Shown here piece after piece: positions 17,490 through 26,986 of a DNA stretch of 38,983 bases; position 1 is the first letter of the stretch; the number at the start of each line of letters is the position of its first letter. Location of the stretch: contig JAUXZV010000023.1 in assembly GCA_030693825.1 (NCBI GenBank), positions 1 to 38,983 on the forward strand, given 5' to 3'. The notes under the pieces were generated by a model, which searched no databases, was not told where the DNA came from, and was given only the letters and a program-made list of their open reading frames with translations. Position numbers and translations under genes: made by a program. Origin of the DNA: Myxococcales bacterium (GTDB taxonomy: Bacteria; Myxococcota; Myxococcia; Myxococcales; Myxococcaceae).

Positions 17490-18830
17490 TCACCGGGTGA
17501 CGGTCGCTTCCACGCGAACGGTGAGATCGGCGAACGACGGCTGGCTGTCATCGAAGTCGGCTTCGAGCAACACGACCTGCGGACCCACAGTCCGCGGAGT
17601 GAACGACAGAGTCCACTCGGCCATCGCGCCGGGCGCGGGAATCGGTCTCGACTCGAGCCCGAGCCCGGCAGGCAACGGCCGCACGCGCAGCTTCGTGCAC
17701 GCTCCGGTTCCGGTGTTGCGCACCTGAAGCCGGGCGATGCGCGTCTCGCCCACGACTGCCGAGCCAACGTTGACGTCAGAGGCCTCGAGCCTGCAATCGG
17801 TCGCGGCGAGCCCCTCGATGGCGAAGGGGATGCGGTCGGTCCACTCGCCCGTCGAGCCACGAACGGTGAGCCGCGGCCAGACGGAGCGGGCTCCGACGGC
17901 CTTCGGGCTCATGACGACCGTGAGGCCGGTGGGCGCCGAGGGCTCCAGCTGCGCGGGCAACGACGACGTCAGCGTGAGGATGCCGGCCTCGTCGCGGAAG
18001 CCGATGAGCGTCGCGGGCTCCGCGATGGCTTGAATGCTCCGCGAGATCTCCACCGGCGACCCGATGCGCACCCGCACCGGAGCCCGGGTGGGGTCGAGGT
18101 CGCGAACCGTACGGCCCGTCGCGGAGGCAGCCGGCCAGCTCAGGGCTCGACTTCCCACCGTCACGTTGGCCCGCGTGTCGAGCTCGAGCAGCGCCGGCGT
18201 CTCTGCCGTCACCGGCATGAGCTTCAAGAAGGGCAGGAGGCCGCCGAGCCCGCCCTTCTCGTCGTCGCCGTGAGAGACGACGCTGATTCGTTTCACCGTC
18301 GTCTCCCCACTGCGAACGCTGAAGCGCGCACGCTTGATCAGCACCGCGTCGGTTCGGTCGATTGGCAGCTCGAGGTCACCGAACGGGTTCAGCGCCTTGC
18401 AGCGGTCCAGCGGGAGCCCATCATCTTCAGCGCTCGTGTTCGCCGCGCACACCGTGAGGCCGAGGTCGACGATGGAGCGTGAGACGACCCAGCGCCCGGC
18501 TTCGACGCCGTCGACCAACACGACGACCGTGGTCTCTTCGCTGCCCAGCTTCGTGCGGGGCCAGGACAGGTCGACCCGGTCTTCTCCTGTCGTGGTGCGC
18601 AGACACGGGTCGGCGGCGCCATCGCGAGTGCAGGTCACCGTGCTCCTCGACGAGACCAGACTCAGCTGCGCCCTGAGGCCGTCTTCCATGTCCCAGGCCG
18701 AGACTTCGCCGAGCTTCACTGGAGCGCCACTCGCGACGCCGTTGAGCGTGACGACGGGGTCGGGGGCGGGCGGCGCACAGGCGGCGAGCAACAGCAGTCC
18801 GAGCAGCCAGCGCGGGTGAAGACGGAACAT
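17490..18830 (-). CDS. lipoprotein with C-terminal choice-of-anchor-D/Ig-like domain; third gene of the rSAM operon
   Basis: Lipobox LLLLAAC. C-terminus CRLEASDVNVGSAVVGETRIARLQVRNTGTGAC matches the choice-of-anchor-D pattern (FG.V.VG......L.N.G). AGGAG RBS overlaps the rSAM stop. 18-nt gap to the upstream gene. Confidence 0.7.
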   Translation of the reverse strand: MFRLHPRWLLGLLLLAACAPPAPDPVVTLNGVASGAPVKLGEVSAWDMEDGLRAQLSLVSSRSTVTCTRDGAADPCLRTTTGEDRVDLSWPRTKLGSEETTVVVLVDGVEAGRWVVSRSIVDLGLTVCAANTSAEDDGLPLDRCKALNPFGDLELPIDRTDAVLIKRARFSVRSGETTVKRISVVSHGDDEKGGLGGLLPFLKLMPVTAETPALLELDTRANVTVGSRALSWPAASATGRTVRDLDPTRAPVRVRIGSPVEISRSIQAIAEPATLIGFRDEAGILTLTSSLPAQLEPSAPTGLTVVMSPKAVGARSVWPRLTVRGSTGEWTDRIPFAIEGLAATDCRLEASDVNVGSAVVGETRIARLQVRNTGTGACTKLRVRPLPAGLGLESRPIPAPGAMAEWTLSFTPRTVGPQVVLLEADFDDSQPSFADLTVRVEATVTR

Positions 18831-18848
18831 GGTGACTCCTGGAACAGG

Positions 18849-20075
18849 TCAGACGGTTGGCGCGCGCTTCTTCACGAGCTCGCGCGGGGTCGGCGGCTTC
18901 ACATCGACGGCGTCGAACGGCTCTTCGACGATCTCGAAGCGGCCGTTGTCGAACGGCTGTCCCGGCGCTGCTTCCCGCAACACCAGCCGCTCGCGAACGC
19001 CCTTCTTCTGCTGCGCACGCGCGCGGAAGTAGCAGTACGGGTTGTTCCCCGGGCGACCCAGCACCGAGTGCGCGGTGAAGGTGCAGCCGCCCAGACACTC
19101 CTGCGCGAACGGGCACGTGCGGCAGAAGCCCCAGAGGTCGTCGACGGTGCGCGCGCGCGCGAACGCCAGCTGTGGCGCCTCGTCCCAGACCTGCTTCAAC
19201 GTCGAGTCCTTCAGCGAGCCGCCGATGTACGACGGCTGCAGCGAGGGGCAGCCCTTCACCGCGCCGTTCGCTTCGATGCCCATCACGAACTTGCCCGCGT
19301 TGCAGCCACGCCACGCGTCTTCGGGGTGCTCGGGCAACGAACGGAGCACCGGCTCCTCGGGGTGGAAGTACCCCAGGTTGTTCCCGGCCATCACGGCGAT
19401 GCGCGACTCGGCCCAGGCCTTCTTCTTGAGCGCGATGACGCGCGGCACGACGTTCAACAAGTCCCACGGCTGGAGGAGCATCGCGGGCCGGTCGGCAGCG
19501 CGGCCGAGCGGCGCGGTGATCTGCACCTGCCACGCGTGAATGCCCTGTGCTCGCAGGTGCTCGAAGAGGTCTTCGAGATCGCCCAGGTTGAGGCGGTTCA
19601 CGTTGGTGTTCGCCGACACCACGATGCCGGCCTCGCGCATGAAGCCCATCGCGGCGGTGGCCGATTGAAAGCTGCCTCGGGCGGCGCGCATCAGGTCGTG
19701 CGTCGGCTCGAGGCCATCGATGGAGACGGAGGCCTGGTACAGCCCCGCGCCCGCCATCTTGAACGCGAGGGCGCGATCGATGCCGCGCCCTCCCGTCGTG
19801 AGCACCGGCCGAATGCCGGCGGCCTTCAGCCCCGCGATGATCTCCAGGAACCCCGGGTGCAGGTACGCCTCGCCACCGATGAGCACGACTTCACGCGTGC
19901 CCATGGCAGCGAGCTCCTGCACGACCGACAGGGCCTTCTGCGTCGACAGCTCGCCTTCACGCACCTCGCCGGCGCGTGAGCCGCAATGCGTGCACGGTTG
20001 GTCGCACGCCAGCGTGAGCTCCCACACGACGTAGGCCGGGTGGTGTGCTTGCGAGAGGTCTTGTCGACGCGTCAT
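18849..20075 (-). CDS. radical SAM/SPASM-domain maturase-type enzyme
   Basis: CDQPCTHC (CxxxCxxC) 4Fe-4S/SAM cluster site near the N-terminus. GGEAYL glycine-rich SAM motif. C-terminal SPASM Cys cluster GCNAGKFVMGIEANGAVKGCP...GFCRTCPFAQECLGGC. 408 aa from the internal ATG. GAGG RBS overlaps the upstream gene's stop (translational coupling). Confidence 0.88.
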   Translation of the reverse strand: MTRRQDLSQAHHPAYVVWELTLACDQPCTHCGSRAGEVREGELSTQKALSVVQELAAMGTREVVLIGGEAYLHPGFLEIIAGLKAAGIRPVLTTGGRGIDRALAFKMAGAGLYQASVSIDGLEPTHDLMRAARGSFQSATAAMGFMREAGIVVSANTNVNRLNLGDLEDLFEHLRAQGIHAWQVQITAPLGRAADRPAMLLQPWDLLNVVPRVIALKKKAWAESRIAVMAGNNLGYFHPEEPVLRSLPEHPEDAWRGCNAGKFVMGIEANGAVKGCPSLQPSYIGGSLKDSTLKQVWDEAPQLAFARARTVDDLWGFCRTCPFAQECLGGCTFTAHSVLGRPGNNPYCYFRARAQQKKGVRERLVLREAAPGQPFDNGRFEIVEEPFDAVDVKPPTPRELVKKRAPTV

Positions 20076-20085
20076 GGGCGGTGCC

Positions 20086-20451
20086 TCAGGGCCCGCCGTC
20101 AGCGCCGCCGTCTCGTGAGCCGCCGTCCGAAGCGCCGGCGTCGGAGGGGGCGCCGCTGTCGTCGGTGAAGACCGTCGTGCCACCGTCGGGCTGGTTCACG
20201 AGGTCACCCGGGCAGCGGAAGGTGCTGGTCACGCCTCCGTCGGGGAGCGTCTCACTGACGGACCGGCAGCCCGTCGCAGGCGCCCCGTAGCAGGCCATCA
20301 GCGTCATCGAGGCCCCGAGTCCTCCGAGCAGGCCCATCGCCAGCCTGCCGAGCGACGACCTCGGCGTGAGCGGTCCCTCGCAGTGGGGACATTCGGAGAG
20401 TGAAACGGGGACGACGCCTGAACACGCTGGGCACTTCGACAGAGACGACAT
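20086..20451 (-). CDS. small zinc-ribbon / single-TM / Gly-Asp-rich-tail protein; candidate partner or substrate of the adjacent radical SAM enzyme
   Basis: 121 aa from an ATG with GGAGGGAG 9 nt upstream (the track ORF extends further 5' as R/P-rich junk). N-terminal CPACSG...CPHCEG zinc ribbon. TM helix LAMGLLGGLGASMTLMACYGAPA. Then CRSVSETLPDGGVTSTFRCPGDLVNQPDGG and a D/G/S-rich tail. 10-nt gap to the rSAM gene. Confidence 0.6.
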   Translation of the reverse strand: MSSLSKCPACSGVVPVSLSECPHCEGPLTPRSSLGRLAMGLLGGLGASMTLMACYGAPATGCRSVSETLPDGGVTSTFRCPGDLVNQPDGGTTVFTDDSGAPSDAGASDGGSRDGGADGGP

Positions 20452-20656
20452 GATGGGTGGCTCCCTCCGGCCGGTGTGGCGAAGCTCGAGAGCAATTCTG
20501 CTGCCACCGTCTCGATGCAGATGATCCGCCTGCTTGGGAAGCCACCTCGGTCGCCTCGACGCGCTGCTCGGGCATGGGCGACATGGCACAGGCGTCAGAG
20601 TTGCACTGGCTCGTCCCGCCAGCGCTCGAGCTGGCCAACACCCCGGGAGACGGCCA

Positions 20657-21250
20657 ATGGCAGGAGCGACGATGGTGTTCGGAGCCACGACGAGGCGATC
20701 CGAAAAGTGGCGGGTGTACCGAATTCGCACGGCCAACAGCACCTACGAGCTCGAAGTGCAGACCGAAGGGGCCGACCGCCGCTGCACCGTCTTGACGCGC
20801 ACCGAGCCCGCTGGTGAGCGCTACGAAGACTCCGCGCCGCAGCTCGATGGCCAGAGCCTCTACGCGCAATCAGCGTTGGACTGGATTGGGAAGCGGCTCT
20901 CGGTCGGTACTGCGTGCACGTCGGAGATCCAGTCCGTCGACTTCCTCACCACCACGTCGCAGCGCTCGGCGCCGTCGTCGACGATGGTGTTCGGTGAGAA
21001 GGCTCCACGGGCTGAGCCTGCGCGCGCGCAGCCGCCCCCTCGCGCCGAAGAGCGCCGCCCCGACTGGGCGCCGTTTCCGCTCGGCTATGTCGAGATGGCG
21101 GAGGCCGCGGCCAGTGTCCTCAAGTCCGTCGCCCATCGGCACGACCTCGCTGCGGCCTTGCGAGACGACCCGCACCTCCTGCGCCGCTATCAGCTCGCGC
21201 TCGCCGCCTGCGGACTCATGGTCGAGACGCTCACCAGGCGCGGCGACTGA
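20657..21250 (+). CDS. hypothetical protein
   Basis: 197 aa from an ATG with GGGAGA 6 nt upstream. Balanced composition (MVFGATTRRSEKWRVYRIRTANSTYELEVQTEGADRRCTVLTRTEP...). Convergent with the DMT transporter gene, 7-nt gap. I recognise no family. Confidence 0.45.
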   Translation: MAGATMVFGATTRRSEKWRVYRIRTANSTYELEVQTEGADRRCTVLTRTEPAGERYEDSAPQLDGQSLYAQSALDWIGKRLSVGTACTSEIQSVDFLTTTSQRSAPSSTMVFGEKAPRAEPARAQPPPRAEERRPDWAPFPLGYVEMAEAAASVLKSVAHRHDLAAALRDDPHLLRRYQLALAACGLMVETLTRRGD

Positions 21251-21256
21251 GAAGGG

Positions 21257-22174
21257 CTACCGTTCTGCGGTGCGCGCGAACGCCGTGCCCGGAGGCTTCG
21301 GTCGCTTCAGCCACCCATTGAGCAGCACGAGCGAGAGCAGGCCGAGCGCGCCCGTGTAGAACCGCCACGTCAGCTGCTCTTCGCCGGGGAACAAGATGTA
21401 CGCGAGTACCAGCGAATAGACGGGCTCGAGCGTGACGGTGAGGGCGATGGTGTACGGCGACAACGTCTCGAGGATGCGCAGGCTCGCCAGCCACGGGAAG
21501 ACCGTGCACACCACGCCGAGGAGCAAGAGCCAGCCCACGTCGGCGCCCGACAGCGCCCACGGCGGCACGAAGTCCCAGGCGAGGAACGCGAGCGACGTCA
21601 CCACCAGCCCCGACGACAGCTCGTGCAGCGTCACGCGCTCGGCCGGCTCGCCCTGACTCCAGCGCCCGTTGAGCGTGCCGAAGCCCGCCGAGAACAGCGC
21701 CGAGCCCAGCCCCAGCGCCAGGCCCATCGGCGTCGCGTTCGTCTCGAAGCGCACCAGGAGCGACACGCCGCCGACCGCCGCGAGGCCAATGAGCAATTCG
21801 GCCACCACGATGCCGCGCTTGAAGACGAGCGGCTCGATGAGGGCGGTGAAGAAGGTGATGGTCGACAGGCACAACACCGCCACCGCGACGCCTGCGTACT
21901 TGATGCACCCGTAGAAGCAGAGCCAGTGCAGCGCGACGAGCACGCCGATGCCCCAGAAGGCCCGCATCGTCTTCGGCGCCGTGGCGAAGGCCTGGCCCTT
22001 CCACTTCAAGGCGAGCGCCATCACCGGGAGCACCACCACCAGCCGGTACCAGACGAGCGGCACGGCCGAGATGCTGATGAGCCGGCCGAGAATGGCGGTG
22101 AAGCCCCAGGTGAAGACCGTCACGTGGAGCAGCGCGTGCGCCGCGCGAGGCGAGAGCGGCTTCGACGGCGACAT
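21257..22174 (-). CDS. DMT-superfamily (EamA-like) transporter
   Basis: Ten predicted TM helices in two EamA-type halves. Start at the internal ATG (the upstream 29 codons are R/C/S-rich). 5-nt gap after the upstream gene. Confidence 0.8.
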   Translation of the reverse strand: MSPSKPLSPRAAHALLHVTVFTWGFTAILGRLISISAVPLVWYRLVVVLPVMALALKWKGQAFATAPKTMRAFWGIGVLVALHWLCFYGCIKYAGVAVAVLCLSTITFFTALIEPLVFKRGIVVAELLIGLAAVGGVSLLVRFETNATPMGLALGLGSALFSAGFGTLNGRWSQGEPAERVTLHELSSGLVVTSLAFLAWDFVPPWALSGADVGWLLLLGVVCTVFPWLASLRILETLSPYTIALTVTLEPVYSLVLAYILFPGEEQLTWRFYTGALGLLSLVLLNGWLKRPKPPGTAFARTAER

Positions 22175-22178
22175 CACG

Positions 22179-23306
22179 TCACTCGGCCAGCGCGCGCAGC
22201 GTCGACAGGCGCTCGAGCTCGTCCTCCGGCAGGTGCGTGCCCGACGAGCCGGTGTAGCCAAAGTAGAGCCGGTCAGAGAGCTGCGTGAAGCACTGCCGCG
22301 CCAGGGCCGACTTCGGGTTCTCGCGGATGCAGGCCTCGAAGAAGAGCAGGTCGACGTCCCACAACAGCGGAGACTTCAGCGCGCCCGTGCAGAGGCCGAG
22401 CAGGAACAGCGCCTCGCCACGCTGCGGGAGCGCCGGGTTCTTGTGCAGCGCCAGGTTCAGGTACGCGCTCGCGCGCAGGTAGGCCACGACGTACGTCTCG
22501 TCGGGCAGGTAGCTGCGTGGGCCGCTCGCCTGCCGCACGAGCGCCTTGGCCTTCGCGAAGAGGTCCTTCGCCGACGCGCGCTGGGCATCGAAGCCTTCCT
22601 TCTTCCAGGCCAGCACGTCTTTGCGCCAGGCCGCGACGGGCCGCTTGAGGAACGGCGCCACGTCTTCGCGCTTCGCGAGCCCTTCGAGGAACACGTCGGC
22701 GGCCTTCGGGTCGTCCTTCACGCGGACCAGCAGCGTCAGCAGGTCCTTGATGGCGCGGGCCTGCACGAGGAGCGAGCGCTCGTCCTTCGCCGGCTGCGCG
22801 ATGAGGGCGCCGTACGCGTCGATGGCCTTGTCGAACTGGCGCGTCGCCGCGAGGTACTGCGCCTTGTCGAACGGCGAGAGCTTCATCGCGTCGAGGTGCT
22901 TCTCCATGTCCTGATAGTCGGCGGGCGCGCGCTCGCGGCTGTGACAGGTGAAGCACAGGCTCATCAGCGTGCGTACGCGGGAGGGAACGGTCTCTCGGTC
23001 ACCAAAAGTGAAGCGGCGGCGGGTCTCGAGGGCGTACTGCGAGAAGAGGCCCGACAGCGCCGCGGTGGCAGGCTCCTGCGCCTTCGCGTCGGCGGGGAAG
23101 GCGTGCTTCAGACCCGCGAGGGCGTCGAGGCGCCGGGTGATGTCCTCGGCCTGGAGTGGGTCTCGCAGCCGCTCCGGGTGGGCGACGAGCGGCTCGAGGC
23201 CGAACAACGCGTCGAGGGCGCTTCGCATGGCGGCCTGGGTCGGCGTCGCGACTCCGGCGTCTGGGGTCGCGACCGTCAAGACGGAGACGAGGAAGAACGG
23301 CGTCAT
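22179..23306 (-). CDS. secreted hypothetical protein with a single CXXCH (c-type haem-binding-like) motif; co-transcribed with the DMT transporter
   Basis: N-terminal signal MTPFFLVSVLTVATPDAG. Motif LMSLCFTCHSRERAP. Otherwise helical with TPR-like composition. Stop 5 nt before the transporter start. Confidence 0.65.
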   Translation of the reverse strand: MTPFFLVSVLTVATPDAGVATPTQAAMRSALDALFGLEPLVAHPERLRDPLQAEDITRRLDALAGLKHAFPADAKAQEPATAALSGLFSQYALETRRRFTFGDRETVPSRVRTLMSLCFTCHSRERAPADYQDMEKHLDAMKLSPFDKAQYLAATRQFDKAIDAYGALIAQPAKDERSLLVQARAIKDLLTLLVRVKDDPKAADVFLEGLAKREDVAPFLKRPVAAWRKDVLAWKKEGFDAQRASAKDLFAKAKALVRQASGPRSYLPDETYVVAYLRASAYLNLALHKNPALPQRGEALFLLGLCTGALKSPLLWDVDLLFFEACIRENPKSALARQCFTQLSDRLYFGYTGSSGTHLPEDELERLSTLRALAE

Positions 23307-23350
23307 GCCCCTCGTCTATCACGCACCGCCGAGCCGGGCCCGGGAGGTAC

Positions 23351-24919
23351 TCACCCCTTCGTGAGCTCGCGCAGCCGGCGCGCCGCTTCGGCGCTCATCG
23401 CGAACGGCGCCAGCACCAGCCGCTGGGCTCCGGTGGCGACGGTGCCGACCGACGTGGCGACCGCGCACAACGGGAGCGGCGGCTGCGCGTCGACCTCGAG
23501 GCTCGCCAGCACGTGCTCGGCCAGCATGCCCTTGCCCTCGAGCACCAGGGCTCGAGGCATGAACGAGACGACCTTGAAGCGGTCCTCGCGCCGACGGCTG
23601 TTCACCACGAACACGTCCTTCGCCGGGGCCGGGGCTGTGGCCGGTGGCTCGGCTGGGAGCACCCGAGTCGACGCGGCCTTGGACGTTGGCGCCTCTTCGA
23701 GTGAGGCGACGGCCTCGGCCAGCGGTGGCAGCGCCTTCACCAGGTGCGCGCGCTCGTCCGCCGTGAGCGCCGGCACGGCGGCCAGGGTGGCGTCGGTGAC
23801 CTCGTCCACCTCGGAGACGACGCGGACGATCTGCGCCGAAGCCAGGACGAGGTCGATCATCGCCGGAGCCTCACAGCCCGAACTGCCCGCGCCAGACTGC
23901 GTGCTGATGACCTCTCCCAGCGTCCTCGGCAGGTGCCAGCGCTTCGCCGTCAGCGCACCGAGCTCGGCGCGGAAGACCTCGAGCACGCGCAGCCAGAACG
24001 AGAGCGGCTGCGCAGCAAAGGTGGGGTGCTCCGAGAGGAAGATCTCGAGGCTCAGCGTGCCGACGATGGAGCCCAGGGGTTGGAGCAGGCCAGCGAGGAA
24101 GCTCTCGTCGGGCTGAAGACCGCGCCGGGTGCCGAGCGCGCGGTTCACCATCGCCGTCGTCACGCTCCGATGCCACAGGTGCAGGCGCACGGGCGACAAA
24201 GCTCCGACCGTCGTCGTCGCGCCGCCGACGCCCGCTGCGATGGCCAGGCGAGCGACCTCCTTCATGCCCAGCCGTTTCACGGCCATCGCCAACGAGGTGA
24301 CCGGTTGCCCTCGGGCGTAGATCGGCGCATTCACCAGGTGGAGCAGCTCGGCCGCCAGCGTCGCGTCGCTCGAGATGACCTTCGCGATCTGCTCGGGGGT
24401 GGCGTCGGCCGACCGCGCGAGCTCGGCCACCTTGAACGCCACGGCAGGGAACGGTGGGACGCGCACCGAGCCGCGCTCCAGAATCGCCATCATCGCGGCG
24501 CCTACGTCGAGCAGGCGCTGGTCGGGCACCGACGGCATGAAGGCCTGCGGGGCCTGCGCCGAGCGGGCCCTGGCGTTGACGGCCTCGATGAGCGCCTCGA
24601 GCACCTCGGCGTCGGAGCGGCCCGTCGTCGCGATGTCGCGCCGCACGGCTGCGTTGAACGCTGCGTGCTTCGAGATGTCTTCGTACCGAATCGCCAGCGT
24701 GCTGCCGCACTCGCAGTTGGCGAAGCTCAACAGCCCGATGGCGTCGTCTTCGTCGTCGTCAGGGTCGAGCTTCGGCGCGCCGATGCGCTTCGTCGACTCG
24801 AGGTAGCTGAGGAACGTGGGGTGGGGCCGGCGGCACGCGGAGCACGCCCGGGGAAACTGGGCGCAGCATGCGGCGAAGACCGAGTCCTCGAACGACGCGA
24901 GGGCCAAAGGCGAATCCAT
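23351..24919 (-). CDS. HDOD-domain signalling protein with an N-terminal Cys-cluster module
   Basis: HDOD core PFPAVAFKVAELARSADATPEQIAKVISSDATLAAELLHLVNAPIYARGQPVTSLAMAVKRLGMKEVARLAIAAG. The N-terminal 80 aa carry CC...CSAC...CEC cysteines (zinc-binding-like). Confidence 0.75.
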   Translation of the reverse strand: MDSPLALASFEDSVFAACCAQFPRACSACRRPHPTFLSYLESTKRIGAPKLDPDDDEDDAIGLLSFANCECGSTLAIRYEDISKHAAFNAAVRRDIATTGRSDAEVLEALIEAVNARARSAQAPQAFMPSVPDQRLLDVGAAMMAILERGSVRVPPFPAVAFKVAELARSADATPEQIAKVISSDATLAAELLHLVNAPIYARGQPVTSLAMAVKRLGMKEVARLAIAAGVGGATTTVGALSPVRLHLWHRSVTTAMVNRALGTRRGLQPDESFLAGLLQPLGSIVGTLSLEIFLSEHPTFAAQPLSFWLRVLEVFRAELGALTAKRWHLPRTLGEVISTQSGAGSSGCEAPAMIDLVLASAQIVRVVSEVDEVTDATLAAVPALTADERAHLVKALPPLAEAVASLEEAPTSKAASTRVLPAEPPATAPAPAKDVFVVNSRRREDRFKVVSFMPRALVLEGKGMLAEHVLASLEVDAQPPLPLCAVATSVGTVATGAQRLVLAPFAMSAEAARRLRELTKG

Positions 24920-24996
24920 CAGCGAAATCTACCAGTCACCGTGGCGAAGTCGTCGTCCGCCACCGACATGGGAGGCTGCTCGACGCCAGTCAGCGA

Positions 24997-25401
24997 CTAC
25001 TTCATCGCCGCGACTTCGAGGCGCTTCTGCTCGCGTCGAATGAGGTCGCGCTGCGGCTCGGCCTTCGGGTCGGTCACCTCGAGGCCCTTGAGCTTCTCTT
25101 CGGCCTCGCTGATGCGCTTCTTCGCCGCCGCCGTGTCGATGTCCTTCGCGGGCTGGGCGGAGTCGGCCAGGACGCGAACGTTCTGAGCGCCGACCTCGAC
25201 GAAGCCGCCAGCGACGAAGAACAGCTCGCTCGTGCCACCGGTCTTCACGGTGAGGGGGCCCGGCATCAGCAGCGAGAGGAACGGCGCGTGGCCGGGGCGA
25301 ACACCGAACAGACCCTCGGCACCGGGAGCGATGACCTCGTCGGCTTCCAGCTGCGCCAGCCGGCGCTCAGGAGTGACGACTTCGACTTTGAGCTTCGCCA
25401 T
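24997..25401 (-). CDS. atpC: F0F1 ATP synthase subunit epsilon
   Basis: 134 aa MAKLKVEVVTPERRL...APGAEGLFGVRPGHAPFLSLLMPGPLTVK...VAGGFVEV, the typical AtpC beta-sandwich plus helical tail. The track ORF extends 5' into the atpD coding frame and is not real there. Confidence 0.92.
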   Translation of the reverse strand: MAKLKVEVVTPERRLAQLEADEVIAPGAEGLFGVRPGHAPFLSLLMPGPLTVKTGGTSELFFVAGGFVEVGAQNVRVLADSAQPAKDIDTAAAKKRISEAEEKLKGLEVTDPKAEPQRDLIRREQKRLEVAAMK

Positions 25402-25421
25402 ATTGATCCGCTCCGCTCCGC

Positions 25422-26954
<1,533 letters not shown>

Positions 26955-26986
26955 TCAAGGCGGATCAATGGGCAGCACGCCGTGAC

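Noticed and set aside
17481-19979. Plus-strand ORFs 17481..18482, 18816..19979 and minus-strand 18427..19533
   Set aside because: They overlap the lipoprotein and radical SAM genes in the wrong strand or frame. R/G/A-rich.
20252-20869. 205-aa minus-strand ORF upstream of the small ZnR gene
   Set aside because: Low-complexity R/S/G-rich. It overlaps the plus-strand hypothetical gene 20657..21250 and the divergent promoter region. No RBS.
21948-24116. 722-aa plus-strand ORF
   Set aside because: It spans three well-supported minus-strand genes (DMT, CXXCH protein, HDOD). The translation is R/A/E/G-rich with no domain signatures.
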